Shown: positions 6,885 through 17,785 of the stretch, one piece after another
How positions within the stretch are numbered: the stretch's first letter is position 1
How the letters are laid out: each line of letters starts with the position of its first letter
Virus record (IMG/VR): IMGVR_UViG_3300031957_002643
Coordinates: 62,001-126,000 of that record
Length of the DNA stretch: 64,000 nt
Reading direction: 5' to 3' (one strand)
The notes under the pieces: model-generated
Databases searched by the model: none
What the model was told of the DNA's origin: nothing
Seen by the model: only the letters and a program-made list of their open reading frames with translations
Made by a program: the position numbers and the translations under genes

Positions 6885-9278
6885 ATGGCTATTTCTGATA
6901 AAGACTTACGAGAACTCGCACAAGCTATGCAAGAAGTAATCGAGAGCAATAAAAAAGCTCTCGATAGGGTTTCCGATGGTCTTTCACAAATTGCTGAAGG
7001 CATGAAAGACGAAAGTCTAAAGTCAGACAAATCTGGCAACAATGCCAAAAATGCAAAGACCGATGATGACGGACAGGGAATTCGTCTTCAATTCAGCAAA
7101 GAGAATATCGAACAATTAGGTGAATCCATCGGTCGTCACATCGCACGTAATGGTGGCATGTCTGGTGAAGGCGGTGGTGAAGGCGGTGGTGGTGAACCTG
7201 CTGGTGGAAGAAGTGCCGCTGAAGCTGCCCAGCAAGCTAAGAACGTTTCAAACATCACCGGTCTACAAGAAGATTTGATCAAACAATTAGCGAAGTTTGG
7301 TGATAATCTTCAAGAAGATATTCAACAGTATACGATCAGACAGATGCAGAGCGTTGTTCGCCAGATAACAACTGCGATGTCTGAATTCTTTTCAGGACAG
7401 GATGCTATTCGCGGGTTCACTGATAGGTTCGAACTGGCATTGGATTCTACGTCCAGAAATCTTGGAAGTTTCGTTGATGCACTGCATCATGACTTCACAT
7501 TAGTACGAATGTCATTCCGCGAAACCATGAGATCGATCACGGACGATTTGTCATCTGGTGGTCGTGCTTTCGCTATATTCGGCGGAACTATGGAAGAATA
7601 TTCCGAAGAACTTAGAAGCTTGAGACAAAATATTAATCAGGGCGATGTCGATATGTTCAGAACCATGGCGCTGGCTGAACAAAATGATTACCTTAACAAG
7701 ATGTACCAAACCATGGTCTCTCAAGGGATCACAGAGCGGTTGAATTCTGAAGAAGTTCGCAATTACGCGCGCAATCAATACATCGCATTGACAGATATTC
7801 AGAATCTTACAGGCTTGAGTCTAAAAGAGCTTCAAGAAATGAATAGTGCCAACCAAGTTGTAATTGATGAACTGGTTGCGCGTGGTAGGTTCACAGAAGA
7901 ACAGGGCGCAGAATTGACTGCCGCTACAACCGCTATCACTGCGGTGATGCCAGAGGAATTGAGAGGCTTATTCAATCAGGGTCTTCAGCAGGGCATTGCA
8001 CCGGCACAGATTGCCTTCATGGACAACAATGCTGCGACCATGGCAAATCTTGGTAATGCAATCGATGCCATGGAAGCCGCTATTTCTAATGGAATGACTG
8101 CCGATGAGGCTCGCGGCATTTTCATGAGCACCATTGATTGGGACGCATTGAACAATATTCCCTTGACCGCAATCGATGGACAAATGCAATCGATGCTTAA
8201 TAGTTTCAGAGCATCTTACGATGAACGTGAAGCCCAACGTAATGGTTTCCTTTCTGAAATGAGTAGACGGTTCGATGCATTATTTGCGGAATTCCCGGTG
8301 CTTGGCGTTATCAGAGATGTTGGTTCGGGAATCTTTGGTGTCTTCAACTCAATCGCCGCACTAAATGCAGCGATTATAGCAAATACCACCGCAGTAACCG
8401 CAAATACTGCTTCTCAACTTGGCGGATTGTTTGGCGGTCGAGGATTATTCAGGGGATTATTCCGGGCAACCGGTATCTCTGGTGCTATGTCTGGTATCAT
8501 GTCTGCTGCTAGGGGATTAGGAAAAATTCTCCCCGGTCTTCTCAGATTCGGTACTGTTGTAGCTGGTGCGATAAGCATCATCACAGATGGTATTGATTTG
8601 TTTAGAAACTTCGGAAATATGGATTGGACCGAAGTGGGCGGATCAATCCTTACCATGATTGGGAAGGGTCTTCTAATAGCCGGTGCAGTTTTGGTTGGTG
8701 GTATTCCGGGTGCAGTTATCGCGGCCATTGGTGCGGCCTTTTTTGGACTTGATGCTCTGTTGGGAGGCCGGTTGACCGATTGGGTTGAAGATGGTTTTAC
8801 GTGGTTATTGAGACAAGCTGGAAACATTGGAGTGATGCTATGGAATGGTTTCAAAGCATACATGAGTTTTGTTACAGCACCATATAGATTCCTTTTCACT
8901 AAGATCGGAGAGTTCTTTACATGGCTATGGGAAAGTTCGCCAATCAGATGGATTAGACAAAGATTAGGTCTCATGAATGACACCGCAGCCGCAGAAACCC
9001 AATCTGCTACTGATCAAATCAATCGCGAGACACGACAGATTGTTCAAAGAACTGGTGAATTGAGAACTGCCGAAGCTAGAAGATCAGAAGCAGCACTTGA
9101 TAGGGAAGCAGTCGAGGCATCACTATCGCCACGCGATGACACTAGAGAACGCGATGAAGACAGAAGAGAACGTGCCAGACAGACTCGTTTATTAGAAGAA
9201 ATTGCATCAGCAAGTCGTGGTACTAGAGAAAACACAAGACCAAGTACCGTATATAATACAGAAGCAGTAGCATATTGA
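6885..9278 (+). CDS. tape measure-like protein
   Basis: Long helical Ala/Gly-rich protein with hydrophobic segments and spaced Trp/Phe; follows the frameshifted chaperone. Confidence 0.7.
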   Translation: MAISDKDLRELAQAMQEVIESNKKALDRVSDGLSQIAEGMKDESLKSDKSGNNAKNAKTDDDGQGIRLQFSKENIEQLGESIGRHIARNGGMSGEGGGEGGGGEPAGGRSAAEAAQQAKNVSNITGLQEDLIKQLAKFGDNLQEDIQQYTIRQMQSVVRQITTAMSEFFSGQDAIRGFTDRFELALDSTSRNLGSFVDALHHDFTLVRMSFRETMRSITDDLSSGGRAFAIFGGTMEEYSEELRSLRQNINQGDVDMFRTMALAEQNDYLNKMYQTMVSQGITERLNSEEVRNYARNQYIALTDIQNLTGLSLKELQEMNSANQVVIDELVARGRFTEEQGAELTAATTAITAVMPEELRGLFNQGLQQGIAPAQIAFMDNNAATMANLGNAIDAMEAAISNGMTADEARGIFMSTIDWDALNNIPLTAIDGQMQSMLNSFRASYDEREAQRNGFLSEMSRRFDALFAEFPVLGVIRDVGSGIFGVFNSIAALNAAIIANTTAVTANTASQLGGLFGGRGLFRGLFRATGISGAMSGIMSAARGLGKILPGLLRFGTVVAGAISIITDGIDLFRNFGNMDWTEVGGSILTMIGKGLLIAGAVLVGGIPGAVIAAIGAAFFGLDALLGGRLTDWVEDGFTWLLRQAGNIGVMLWNGFKAYMSFVTAPYRFLFTKIGEFFTWLWESSPIRWIRQRLGLMNDTAAAETQSATDQINRETRQIVQRTGELRTAEARRSEAALDREAVEASLSPRDDTRERDEDRRERARQTRLLEEIASASRGTRENTRPSTVYNTEAVAY

Positions 9279-9327
9279 TTTTATGGGTTTGGCTGTAAAT
9301 ACCATACGGTCAAGGAATATTTTTTGA

Positions 9328-11505
9328 ATGCCTAAGTTTAAGTCGCAGTTACCATCACCGAATTCAGCACGAGTTACCCAAGCTAACCGTAGAGTTGGTT
9401 CTATGGTTTCAAGTCCATTGGATTGGAGCAATAGGTTAGATGCTGAAAATTACAATTTCTCCGTTCTAAACCAAATCTTTTATGGTGGTAGAAGAGATAG
9501 AATTCAGCGATATGATGTTTATGATGCAATGGATATGGACTCAGATGTCCATCGTGCATTGGATATTATTGCCGAACACTGCACCCAAAAAGACCCTAAG
9601 ACCAAAACACCATTCCAAATTCTGATCGAAGAAAATGCGATTTCTCACGAGGACACAGAAGTTCTATTCCAGATGCTTAAAATTTGGAACAGACAGTGTG
9701 ATTGGGACAACCTTGCATTCAGAACAATTAGAAACGTCATCAAATATGGTGACTTCTTCTTTGTTCGTGATAGTGAATTCAATCTTCATCCATTAAGTCC
9801 ACGAAATGTTTCTGGTGCCTACATTGATGAAGAGACATATGAAATTCAAGCATACCACCTTGTGGACTTGAAAAGGAAATATGACTTCATGCAAGAAGTC
9901 ACCGAAGCATCACCACAGGTTTCTATGTATGCGGCTGGACGAAGAGCGGCCAACCAACAACAGGACAAGGGTAAAACCTACGCGGGTATTATCGAAGCAC
10001 AGCACATCATTCACCTTTCAATGAGTGAGGGCATGGAAGTTGGTGGTAACGGACAGAACGGTGACATCTGGCCATTTGGCGATTCCATGCTTGAGCGCGT
10101 CTATAAGGACTACAAAGCAAGATCACTTCTCGAAGAAGCAGAAGTTATTCACCGTATCCAACGTGCTCCATCAAGACGTGTATTCTATATTGATGTCGGC
10201 AAGATGCGCCCCGATAAATCAGAAAGCTATGCCCGCAAGGTCAAAAACGAATTACAACAAAAAAGAATACCATCGGCATATGGCGGAACCTCATCTGTAG
10301 ATTCTGTATATAACCCCATTTCTCAAATGGAAGATTTGTTCCTAACTGTTACATCTGATGGACGTGGAACTAAAGTAGAAACATTAGAGGGCCAAGCATG
10401 GGCGGATGAGGGTCCGCTAACTTATTTCAATAATAAATTGAACAAAGGCTTAGGTGTTCCCAACTCATATATGCAGGGACCAGAAGATGGTGGATCGACG
10501 TACAATGATGGTCGAGTAGGTACCGCATATTTACAAGAAGGTCAGTTCGCCAAAATGTGTGAGCGGATTCAGGACCTTAATGATAATCTTCTCGATAATG
10601 AGTTCAAATTATATTTGGATTTCCGTGGTATTCAAATACATAGTAGTTCATTTGATTTGAAATTCATTGAACCGATTAGTTTTGATGAATATCGAGAGAT
10701 GGCTTTGAACCAAGAACGCCTTGGCGTGATGGGTTCTGCTTCACAGTTCCCATGGTTTGCTAAGCGTTTCTTGATGAAGAAGTTCGGCAATATGTCAGAG
10801 GATGATATTATTGAAAACGAACATCTCTTCATGGAAGAAAACATGTCTGCAATTGCTCGCCAGTATGACCAAGAAAATGAACTTGGTGGTATGGGCGTTG
10901 GTATTGGTGGCTTGAGTGGCAACATGTCTGGCGAATTTGGTGGCGACTTCATGGGTGGCGACGAGTTCGGTAATGAATTTGGTGGCGAAGGCGCTGAAGG
11001 TGGTGTTCCGGGTGGTCAATTCGGCGGTCCAGCCGCAGGCGGTGGTGCATTCGGTGGTGCACCGGGTGGCGGAATTGGTGGTGCGGGAGCACCGGGTGTT
11101 GAAAGCTTTATCGGTAATCCAGATAAACTACTAACTGAAGCTATGCGTTCTATTCAATACGCAGAAGGTGATCAAGAAGCATTGAAAGAAGCAATGATGA
11201 AATACATTCGTTCTGTTGGAAATAGAACAACTTTGAAAGAAGATGTTCCAGAAATTGATCCAAATGATTTGATCGCTGTTGAGAAACAACCACAGGATAA
11301 AGAGCCTGTTCCAAATGACGGAATGTTTGGTGCTGGATATAAGCAGGAAGAAGATACAAACATCCCAATTATTCCAATGTCTCACATCAGAAAGCTTCGT
11401 TTGGAAAGAGAGAAAAGCCGTAAAGACCTCATCAAACGACTGTTCATGTTCGGAACAATTTATAGTTCCGCAGGACAGGACACCGGTGGATTTGGCGGCT
11501 TCTAA
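9328..11505 (+). CDS. portal protein (T4 gp20-like) with C-terminal extension
   Basis: MDMDSDVHRALDII, LLEEAEVIHRIQRAPSRRVFYIDVG, EDLFL...DGRGTKVETLEG. Confidence 0.93.
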   Translation: MPKFKSQLPSPNSARVTQANRRVGSMVSSPLDWSNRLDAENYNFSVLNQIFYGGRRDRIQRYDVYDAMDMDSDVHRALDIIAEHCTQKDPKTKTPFQILIEENAISHEDTEVLFQMLKIWNRQCDWDNLAFRTIRNVIKYGDFFFVRDSEFNLHPLSPRNVSGAYIDEETYEIQAYHLVDLKRKYDFMQEVTEASPQVSMYAAGRRAANQQQDKGKTYAGIIEAQHIIHLSMSEGMEVGGNGQNGDIWPFGDSMLERVYKDYKARSLLEEAEVIHRIQRAPSRRVFYIDVGKMRPDKSESYARKVKNELQQKRIPSAYGGTSSVDSVYNPISQMEDLFLTVTSDGRGTKVETLEGQAWADEGPLTYFNNKLNKGLGVPNSYMQGPEDGGSTYNDGRVGTAYLQEGQFAKMCERIQDLNDNLLDNEFKLYLDFRGIQIHSSSFDLKFIEPISFDEYREMALNQERLGVMGSASQFPWFAKRFLMKKFGNMSEDDIIENEHLFMEENMSAIARQYDQENELGGMGVGIGGLSGNMSGEFGGDFMGGDEFGNEFGGEGAEGGVPGGQFGGPAAGGGAFGGAPGGGIGGAGAPGVESFIGNPDKLLTEAMRSIQYAEGDQEALKEAMMKYIRSVGNRTTLKEDVPEIDPNDLIAVEKQPQDKEPVPNDGMFGAGYKQEEDTNIPIIPMSHIRKLRLEREKSRKDLIKRLFMFGTIYSSAGQDTGGFGGF

Positions 11506-11618
11506 GACGAAATTTATAAAAAACGTTAAAAATCAACCAAAAACGGGGGCTTTGTAAGAAGTCCCCGTAACTATTTGTGTCGATATAGGTTCGACCTTGA
11601 AAAATTGGAGTAGCTATT

Positions 11619-12308
11619 ATGGCTAGAAAATCTGCATTTAGCGAAAATATTATTCGCACCGCTGAAAAAATGATTCAGCTATCAGAGTCTTCCGACTCTG
11701 CTGTTCGTGATGCCTTGGCAGAAGAAATCGAACAAGAATTTACTCGTGCAACAATCACAATCGCTCGTCAAGTTGCTGAAGAGCTTGGTCTTTATGAGAA
11801 TGAAGGCGTCGAAAGCTATTTGAGTGATGAAGATGACGACTTCGAAGGCGAAAGCGATGATGTCGCAATCGATGACGAAGATGAAGGTGAACTTCTTTTA
11901 GGTGATGACGAGTTTGATGACGAAGGTGATGACTTGGACGATGCCCAAGACGAAATCGACGGTGAACTTCTACAGATGGACGACGATGAAGACGAAGCAC
12001 CATCTGATGAGGGCGACGATGAAGATTTCGGCGCTGATGACGAAGGTGAAGAGTCTGACGAAGGTGACGACGAAGACTTCGACATCGAGCTTCCATCTTT
12101 TGATGATGAAGGTGACGAAGAAGGTGATGACGAATTCGGTGAATTTGATGACGAAGGTGAAGAGTCTGATGACGAAGGTGACGATGAAATCGATGCCGAC
12201 GACGAAGGTTCTGATGCTCTAGACATTGATGGCGTCGATGAAGCTCTATCACAGCTTTCTTCTGATGAAACCATCGAAGAAGACGACTTGGATTTGGATA
12301 ACTTCTAA
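11619..12308 (+). CDS. highly acidic prohead core protein
   Basis: Asp/Glu-rich low-complexity protein between portal and protease; GGAG RBS. Confidence 0.7.
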   Translation: MARKSAFSENIIRTAEKMIQLSESSDSAVRDALAEEIEQEFTRATITIARQVAEELGLYENEGVESYLSDEDDDFEGESDDVAIDDEDEGELLLGDDEFDDEGDDLDDAQDEIDGELLQMDDDEDEAPSDEGDDEDFGADDEGEESDEGDDEDFDIELPSFDDEGDEEGDDEFGEFDDEGEESDDEGDDEIDADDEGSDALDIDGVDEALSQLSSDETIEEDDLDLDNF

Positions 12309-12940
12309 TGACTAAGACAGCGCTCATCGAAACAGTTCAACCAGAATTCGCTAACGTTCATCTTATTGAATCAGCGGACGAGAAGAAGGCTGTTGTTCTA
12401 TCTGGTATCGCAATTCAGGGCGATATCAAGAACAGAAATGGGCGTGTCTATCCAAAAGCAGAGATCGAGAATGCTGTAAAGCAAATGAAAGAACGTTTAC
12501 AAAAAGATGGACCAATTCCGGGTGAATGTGATCACCCTGATAATCTTGGTTTGGATTTGGCTCGCGTTTCTCACTTGATCAAAGACGTTTGGATGGAAGG
12601 TGCAGACGGCCATGCAAAATTTGAAATCATGCCGTTTGGTCTTGGTGAAATCATCACTGGTCTTATCAGACATGGAATGAAGATGGGCGTTTCGTCCCGT
12701 GGTTCAGGAAATGTTGATAGTCAGGGTAATGTTAGTGATTTCGAAATTCTTACAATTGATGTGGTTGCAAATCCATCTGCACCAGATGCGTATCCGCGTC
12801 CAATTGTTGAAAGCCTTCATTCTTCACGTTCTGGACGTGAAGTAATGAGCCTTGCCGAAGCAGTTCGACAAGACCCTCAAGCTCAAAAGTACCTCAAGGA
12901 AGGACTTATTGAGTTTATGAAAAATGAATTAAAGCTATAG
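12308..12940 (+). CDS. prohead core protease (T4 gp21-like)
   Basis: NRNGRVYP, GECDHP, GVSSRGSG, DVVANPSAPDA. Confidence 0.95.
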   Translation: MTKTALIETVQPEFANVHLIESADEKKAVVLSGIAIQGDIKNRNGRVYPKAEIENAVKQMKERLQKDGPIPGECDHPDNLGLDLARVSHLIKDVWMEGADGHAKFEIMPFGLGEIITGLIRHGMKMGVSSRGSGNVDSQGNVSDFEILTIDVVANPSAPDAYPRPIVESLHSSRSGREVMSLAEAVRQDPQAQKYLKEGLIEFMKNELKL

Positions 12941-12951
12941 GACTTAGAACC

Positions 12952-14034
12952 ATGGAAAAATTTCTTGATCAGCTTTTGAATTCAGACCTTTTGACAGAGG
13001 ATTCAAAAAACGAACTACGTGAATCTTTCAAAACCGTTCTAGAGGAAGCACAGGAAGCAGCTCGTGAAGAAGCTCGTGCAGAACTTGCAGAACAGTACAA
13101 AGAAGATCGTGGTCGTCTTATCGAAGCTCTTGATAAAATGGCACGTGAGTCAATTACGGCTCACCTAACTGAATTCAAGCAAGATGTTGACCGTCTACAC
13201 GTTGCAAAAGCAAAGGCAGCAAAAGCCATTGCTGAAGCAGATGATCGTGCGGCGAAGAAAGCTAGAGCAGTCATTAAGACGCTCGAAGAGTCTAACCGTA
13301 AAGTCATCAAGCGTGAGATTGGTGAATTGGTCGAGGACTTCAAGCTTCAGCGTGCACAGCACGTTAAGCTAATGAAGGAAGGTCGCGCTAAGCTTGCAAA
13401 TGAGAAGAAGGCTCTTGTCTCTAAGATGGCGAAAGTCCTCGAACACCTCACTCGCAAGCAGTTGAAGTCAATTATGGAATCTTACAAGGAAGATATCATC
13501 CGTGCTCGCCAAAACAACTTTGGCCGCAAGATGTTTGAAGCCTTTGCTTCCGAATTTGAATCTTCATACTTCAGCCGTGATCGTGTTCTCGACACCATTA
13601 AATCTGAACTAGCAGAAGCAAAGAAGGCGAAAGCTGTTACTGAAGCTGCTGCTAAGAAAAAGATTGCCGCACTTACCGAGAGTAAGAAAAACATCGAAGG
13701 TAAACTTGAAAGAATTACTGAGAGTGTTGCCCGCACTCGTAAGGTCAATTCGCTTCTCAAGCCTCTTACCGGAAATGCGAAGGCACAAATGAAGGAACTT
13801 CTAGAAGGTGTTCCTGCCGAAAGGTTGGACGGTACTTTCAAGAAGTATCTGCCGCATGTGACTGAAAGCGTTAGCAAGGGTCGCAAGCGTCTATCAGAAT
13901 CTAAAACTTCTCAGCGCAGAAGCTTAGGTTCGTTTCACTCTGGCTCTAGAGAGGCCATTTTAGAAGACAAAGCAGTCGAAGTTGAAGAAGTCGATAGAGA
14001 TATCGAAGCTCTTCGCCGCAAGCTGCCGCGTTAA
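12952..14034 (+). CDS. prohead scaffolding protein (T4 gp22-like)
   Basis: Coiled coil, FGRKMFEAFASEF, several L/IxE cleavage sites; between protease and capsid genes. Confidence 0.85.
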   Translation: MEKFLDQLLNSDLLTEDSKNELRESFKTVLEEAQEAAREEARAELAEQYKEDRGRLIEALDKMARESITAHLTEFKQDVDRLHVAKAKAAKAIAEADDRAAKKARAVIKTLEESNRKVIKREIGELVEDFKLQRAQHVKLMKEGRAKLANEKKALVSKMAKVLEHLTRKQLKSIMESYKEDIIRARQNNFGRKMFEAFASEFESSYFSRDRVLDTIKSELAEAKKAKAVTEAAAKKKIAALTESKKNIEGKLERITESVARTRKVNSLLKPLTGNAKAQMKELLEGVPAERLDGTFKKYLPHVTESVSKGRKRLSESKTSQRRSLGSFHSGSREAILEDKAVEVEEVDRDIEALRRKLPR

Positions 14035-14064
14035 TTATTAAGCATTATTTTAGGAGTATAGAAA

Positions 14065-15285
14065 ATGCAAAATATTCAACAGAAATGGGCGCTTATCAAA
14101 GAGACAATGACCGATGGCCTCAATGAGCAGCAGTCATCCGTCATGAACGTCTGCCTTGATAACGTTCTAAGAGAATCAGGAAGGTTCCTTAATGCAATGC
14201 GTGGCAACACCATGCTTATGGAAAACGCATCTGGCGGTGCAACGGCAGCAGGTAACATCGCTGCGTTGAACCAAGTTGTTCTTCCTCTTATCCGCCGTGT
14301 TCTACCGGGCGTCATCGCTAACGAAATCGTTGGTGTTCAGCCGCTTTCCGGTCCATTCGGCCAAATCCACTCACTACGTGTGAAGTATGCAACAACTGCT
14401 GCTGGCGCAATGGCTGGTCAGGAAATGTTTGCACCACGTCATGTCAATGATGTCGCTGCTGCATATTCCGGTAACGAGAACGCTGGTTCTCCGGGTGCCG
14501 CTGCTAACACTGCCGCTCTCGAAGGTCTACCGGGTAATGCCGTTTCCGTCGAGATCGTCAAAGAGCAGGTTGAAGCTAAGCCACGCAAGATGTCCGCACG
14601 TTGGACCATCGAAGCTACGCAGGACGCTTCAGCACAGCACGGTGTTGATCTTGAATCAGAAATCATGGCAGCTATTGCTCAGCACATGGTTCTTGAGATC
14701 GACCAAGAGCTTCTTCGCACACTACGTGCACTTCCGCCTGCTGCTACGGCAGACAACACGTTCGACCAGACCAAAGTTTCTGGTAATGCAACGTTCGTTG
14801 GTGACGAATTCGCATCTCTTGCAATTCTGATCGGTCGCGAAGCAAACAACATCGGTGCTCGTACCCGTCTCGGCGTTGGTAACTTCGTCGTTGTCTCTCC
14901 TGATGCGTTGACGATCCTTCAGTCTGCAAAGACTTCTGCGTTCGCACGTACCACGGAAGGTGACTTCGAGGGTCCAGTCAACGTCAAGTTGGTCGGTACC
15001 TTGAATGGTGCAATGAAAGTTTACTGCGATACCTTCGCACAGACTTCAACACCAGTTCTCGTCGGTTACAAAGGTTCAGAAGTTGACGCTGGCGTCTACT
15101 ACTGCCCATACATCCCTCTAATGAGCACGGATGTCGTAATGGACCCGAACACCTTCGAGCCAACGGTTAGCTTCATGTCGCGTTACGCTACTGTCGCTCT
15201 AACCAACAAGGCAACGTCTCTTGGTAACGCAGCAGACTACTACGGTCTGGTCGGTATCAACTCCGCTAACCTTTCATTCCTATAA
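14065..15285 (+). CDS. major capsid protein (T4 gp23-like)
   Basis: LIRRVLP...IVGVQPLSGP, RKMSARWTIE, EIDQE, YYCPYIPL, FEPTVSFMSRY. Confidence 0.97.
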   Translation: MQNIQQKWALIKETMTDGLNEQQSSVMNVCLDNVLRESGRFLNAMRGNTMLMENASGGATAAGNIAALNQVVLPLIRRVLPGVIANEIVGVQPLSGPFGQIHSLRVKYATTAAGAMAGQEMFAPRHVNDVAAAYSGNENAGSPGAAANTAALEGLPGNAVSVEIVKEQVEAKPRKMSARWTIEATQDASAQHGVDLESEIMAAIAQHMVLEIDQELLRTLRALPPAATADNTFDQTKVSGNATFVGDEFASLAILIGREANNIGARTRLGVGNFVVVSPDALTILQSAKTSAFARTTEGDFEGPVNVKLVGTLNGAMKVYCDTFAQTSTPVLVGYKGSEVDAGVYYCPYIPLMSTDVVMDPNTFEPTVSFMSRYATVALTNKATSLGNAADYYGLVGINSANLSFL

Positions 15286-15318
15286 GAATAAGGTTGAAGA
15301 CGTTAGGTCTAAAGATTT

Positions 15319-15350
15319 GGGCCGGGGCTTTCGCCTCGGCCCTTTTCTTT
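15319..15350 (+). terminator. rho-independent terminator after the capsid gene
   Basis: GGGCCGGGGC-TTTC-GCCTCGGCCC-TTTTCTTT. Confidence 0.85.
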
Positions 15351-15354
15351 GTTC

Positions 15355-16953
15355 TTACATATCAGAGATCGATGCGTTGATCTCTTCTTCCTTGCGACGA
15401 ACAGGCTCCACAACCTTTTCCTTGGCGGTATTCATACCAGAGATGGTCGCAACCGTATCCTGCTGAGAATGGTCGGCCAGCGCACGATGGTCAGTACGCT
15501 TCTTCTCGTATCCCAGAGCTTTGTTGCGGGCAGTGATGAGAGATTCAGCAACACTGCGCTGCATGTTTTCAAGCTCTTCACGAGTTTCCAGACGGAGAAC
15601 ACGTGCACGTTCGGTAGTTTCAATACTGGCCATGGTGGAGTTGATAACTGCCTCGTTTGCGATGCGGATAGCATCCTTAGAGATAATCGATTTCTCGACG
15701 TTCTCATAAGCCTTCTTCTGCATTTCAGCAATCTTCGTAGAACCATCACGCACCAGCGTGTCAGTGAACGAATTGACGGCTTCCATGATGGTGAGAACAT
15801 CTTGGGTCTTGGATGCTTCCACAATCTGCGCCAGTGTGGTTTTCCACAGCGGAACAGTATGGGTCATCGTCTGGTTGATCTTGTTGATCATTTGCATGTC
15901 GATATCCTTCATATTACGAAGTTTCGACATGTCCTGTGCGGCCAGCGTTTGCGTTTCGACCAGTGCCATACGCTGGCGATCCAGAGCGTCACGCTGCTTC
16001 ACAAGGTCTTCCAGCATATACGGGAGGCCCTTATCTTCAGGAGTAGCTTCGATTTGATTGTTCATCTCATCGATTTCAAGCTGCTTCTGTTCGATAATTC
16101 GATCCAGTGCACAGATATGCATATAGACTTCACGATAGAGCGTCAGAGTGCCTTCATAGAGGTCTTTGATATTCTCCATCGAGTCGATCAGATCACGATG
16201 GTGCTCCATGAGCTTGTCTTGGACCGAGTCGATATGATCGCTGACATCATGAAAGCCATCAATGAAATGCTTCAGCGGTTGGGCAGTCTTGCGAAGCACG
16301 AGACGTTCGAACCAGTTCGGATCATCATCAGGATTATACCCCTGTGCCGTTGACACAAGTTCCTGAAGGTCTTCACGAATGATGCTGAGGTCACGGGTCT
16401 TCACCTTGTCGAGAAGATTGTCCGAGACCGCACTTGTCTTCTTTTGGGCGCTGATGCCAAAAGACATAACCGAAACCATATCAGCCGGATCGAGGCGATT
16501 GACAAGTTCGTTGACAATCTCTTCGTCTTCCTCGGTCAGCTTGTTGCTCATAAGCGCACTGGTCCGACGATTCTTCGGGATTTGGACAATGCCACGTCCC
16601 ACATCCGAATCTTCAAGTGTCGCACTCTTCATGGTTCTCTCCAATTGTTGTTCCTCGTTCTGATGCCGTTCATCAGAATAATCAAAATCTGTATTGTCGG
16701 TACTTTTGGCGTGATAACCACCGCCTCCAAAATCACCTTCCACAGCTTTCCTCATAGCTCTTTCTTCGTCGTTGTTTAGTGGCCGACGATAGCCATACTT
16801 GTCTTCCAATCGATATCTGAAGGAATAGTTTTTGTACTCGCGCTTAAGGTCTCTAATGTATGAAAGATATGTGTTTCTGTCATCCATCATCATATTCTCA
16901 AGCAGCGTTATTTCCTTCATCATTTTCAATTTGTGCACGAACCCGCTCCGCAA
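15355..16953 (-). CDS. telA: toxic anion resistance protein (TelA/YaaN family); start uncertain, probably 16632
   Basis: MSFGISAQKK...SDNLLDKVK, INKINQTMTHTVPLWKTTL; long coiled coil. Confidence 0.8.
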   Translation of the reverse strand: MRSGFVHKLKMMKEITLLENMMMDDRNTYLSYIRDLKREYKNYSFRYRLEDKYGYRRPLNNDEERAMRKAVEGDFGGGGYHAKSTDNTDFDYSDERHQNEEQQLERTMKSATLEDSDVGRGIVQIPKNRRTSALMSNKLTEEDEEIVNELVNRLDPADMVSVMSFGISAQKKTSAVSDNLLDKVKTRDLSIIREDLQELVSTAQGYNPDDDPNWFERLVLRKTAQPLKHFIDGFHDVSDHIDSVQDKLMEHHRDLIDSMENIKDLYEGTLTLYREVYMHICALDRIIEQKQLEIDEMNNQIEATPEDKGLPYMLEDLVKQRDALDRQRMALVETQTLAAQDMSKLRNMKDIDMQMINKINQTMTHTVPLWKTTLAQIVEASKTQDVLTIMEAVNSFTDTLVRDGSTKIAEMQKKAYENVEKSIISKDAIRIANEAVINSTMASIETTERARVLRLETREELENMQRSVAESLITARNKALGYEKKRTDHRALADHSQQDTVATISGMNTAKEKVVEPVRRKEEEINASISDM

Positions 16954-17785
16954 TCTTCGCTACACTTTCTTCCATTATAGACTCTGCTACGCGCATGTCA
17001 ATAGCAAAAGATTTGACTTCTTCTTCAAGAGCGTGCTCCTTCATTGATGCAATATGATCAATGATCTTGTCTAGAAAGTCAGAATACTTCCCGTCAAGTT
17101 CGGCAATATCTTCACACGAGTCCGTTTTTACTTTACGTGCACGGACTTTCGTGTAAGACAGGAATGCCTTTAGATATTGCGCTGAGTCGATCAAAACGAA
17201 CTTTTTGACCAGTGCGTCATGAATATTGTTTTCAATGTAATCATCAATGACGTTGATCACGCTTTTGAATGCCGTCTTTGCCTTCGTCTTCAACTCTTCA
17301 GTGGAGAGATTGTTGACTTCATTTTTCAATGCGGCCTTGATGTCAGATCGGTTCTTTTCGATTTTATCTTTGGTAGACAGTTGAACAACTTCAACTTCTT
17401 CGGCTTTGCCGTCGATCACGTTAGTTTGATCAATAAAGAGATGGCGATTCTCATGAACCCATTGTTCTTTTTTGGAATTGTATTTGAAAATCGTCGATGC
17501 CGAAACCAGACCAGCCGTGATAGCTGCGGCCCCAAACAAAAACATGCTGATGGGTGGCGGCATTAAAACTGCCACGACCGCGAACGGAAGACCAATTGCG
17601 GCACCGGCACCCACGCCATGCACTACCCCATTATTCTTCACATAGCCGGGAACATTTTCGATTTTGGACAAATCGAGAGCCTTTAGAGAAAAGGAACCGC
17701 CACCAGCGCCAGTTGGGGTTATGTATTTTGGCATTTTTTGCAATCTCTTTACTGGTTGTCTATCAGTAAGGAGATCATATTGCAT
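16898..17785 (-). CDS. XpaC-like membrane protein (TelA partner)
   Basis: Two N-terminal TM segments plus a helical domain; directly upstream of TelA. Confidence 0.5.
   Translation of the reverse strand: MQYDLLTDRQPVKRLQKMPKYITPTGAGGGSFSLKALDLSKIENVPGYVKNNGVVHGVGAGAAIGLPFAVVAVLMPPPISMFLFGAAAITAGLVSASTIFKYNSKKEQWVHENRHLFIDQTNVIDGKAEEVEVVQLSTKDKIEKNRSDIKAALKNEVNNLSTEELKTKAKTAFKSVINVIDDYIENNIHDALVKKFVLIDSAQYLKAFLSYTKVRARKVKTDSCEDIAELDGKYSDFLDKIIDHIASMKEHALEEEVKSFAIDMRVAESIMEESVAKIAERVRAQIENDEGNNAA

Noticed and set aside
11755-12327. His/Arg-rich and Ser-rich antisense ORFs
   Set aside because: Shadows of the GAY/GAA-rich acidic gene.
15349-16353. 334-aa plus-strand ORF
   Set aside because: Antisense shadow of the TelA gene; starts within a terminator and has no motifs.
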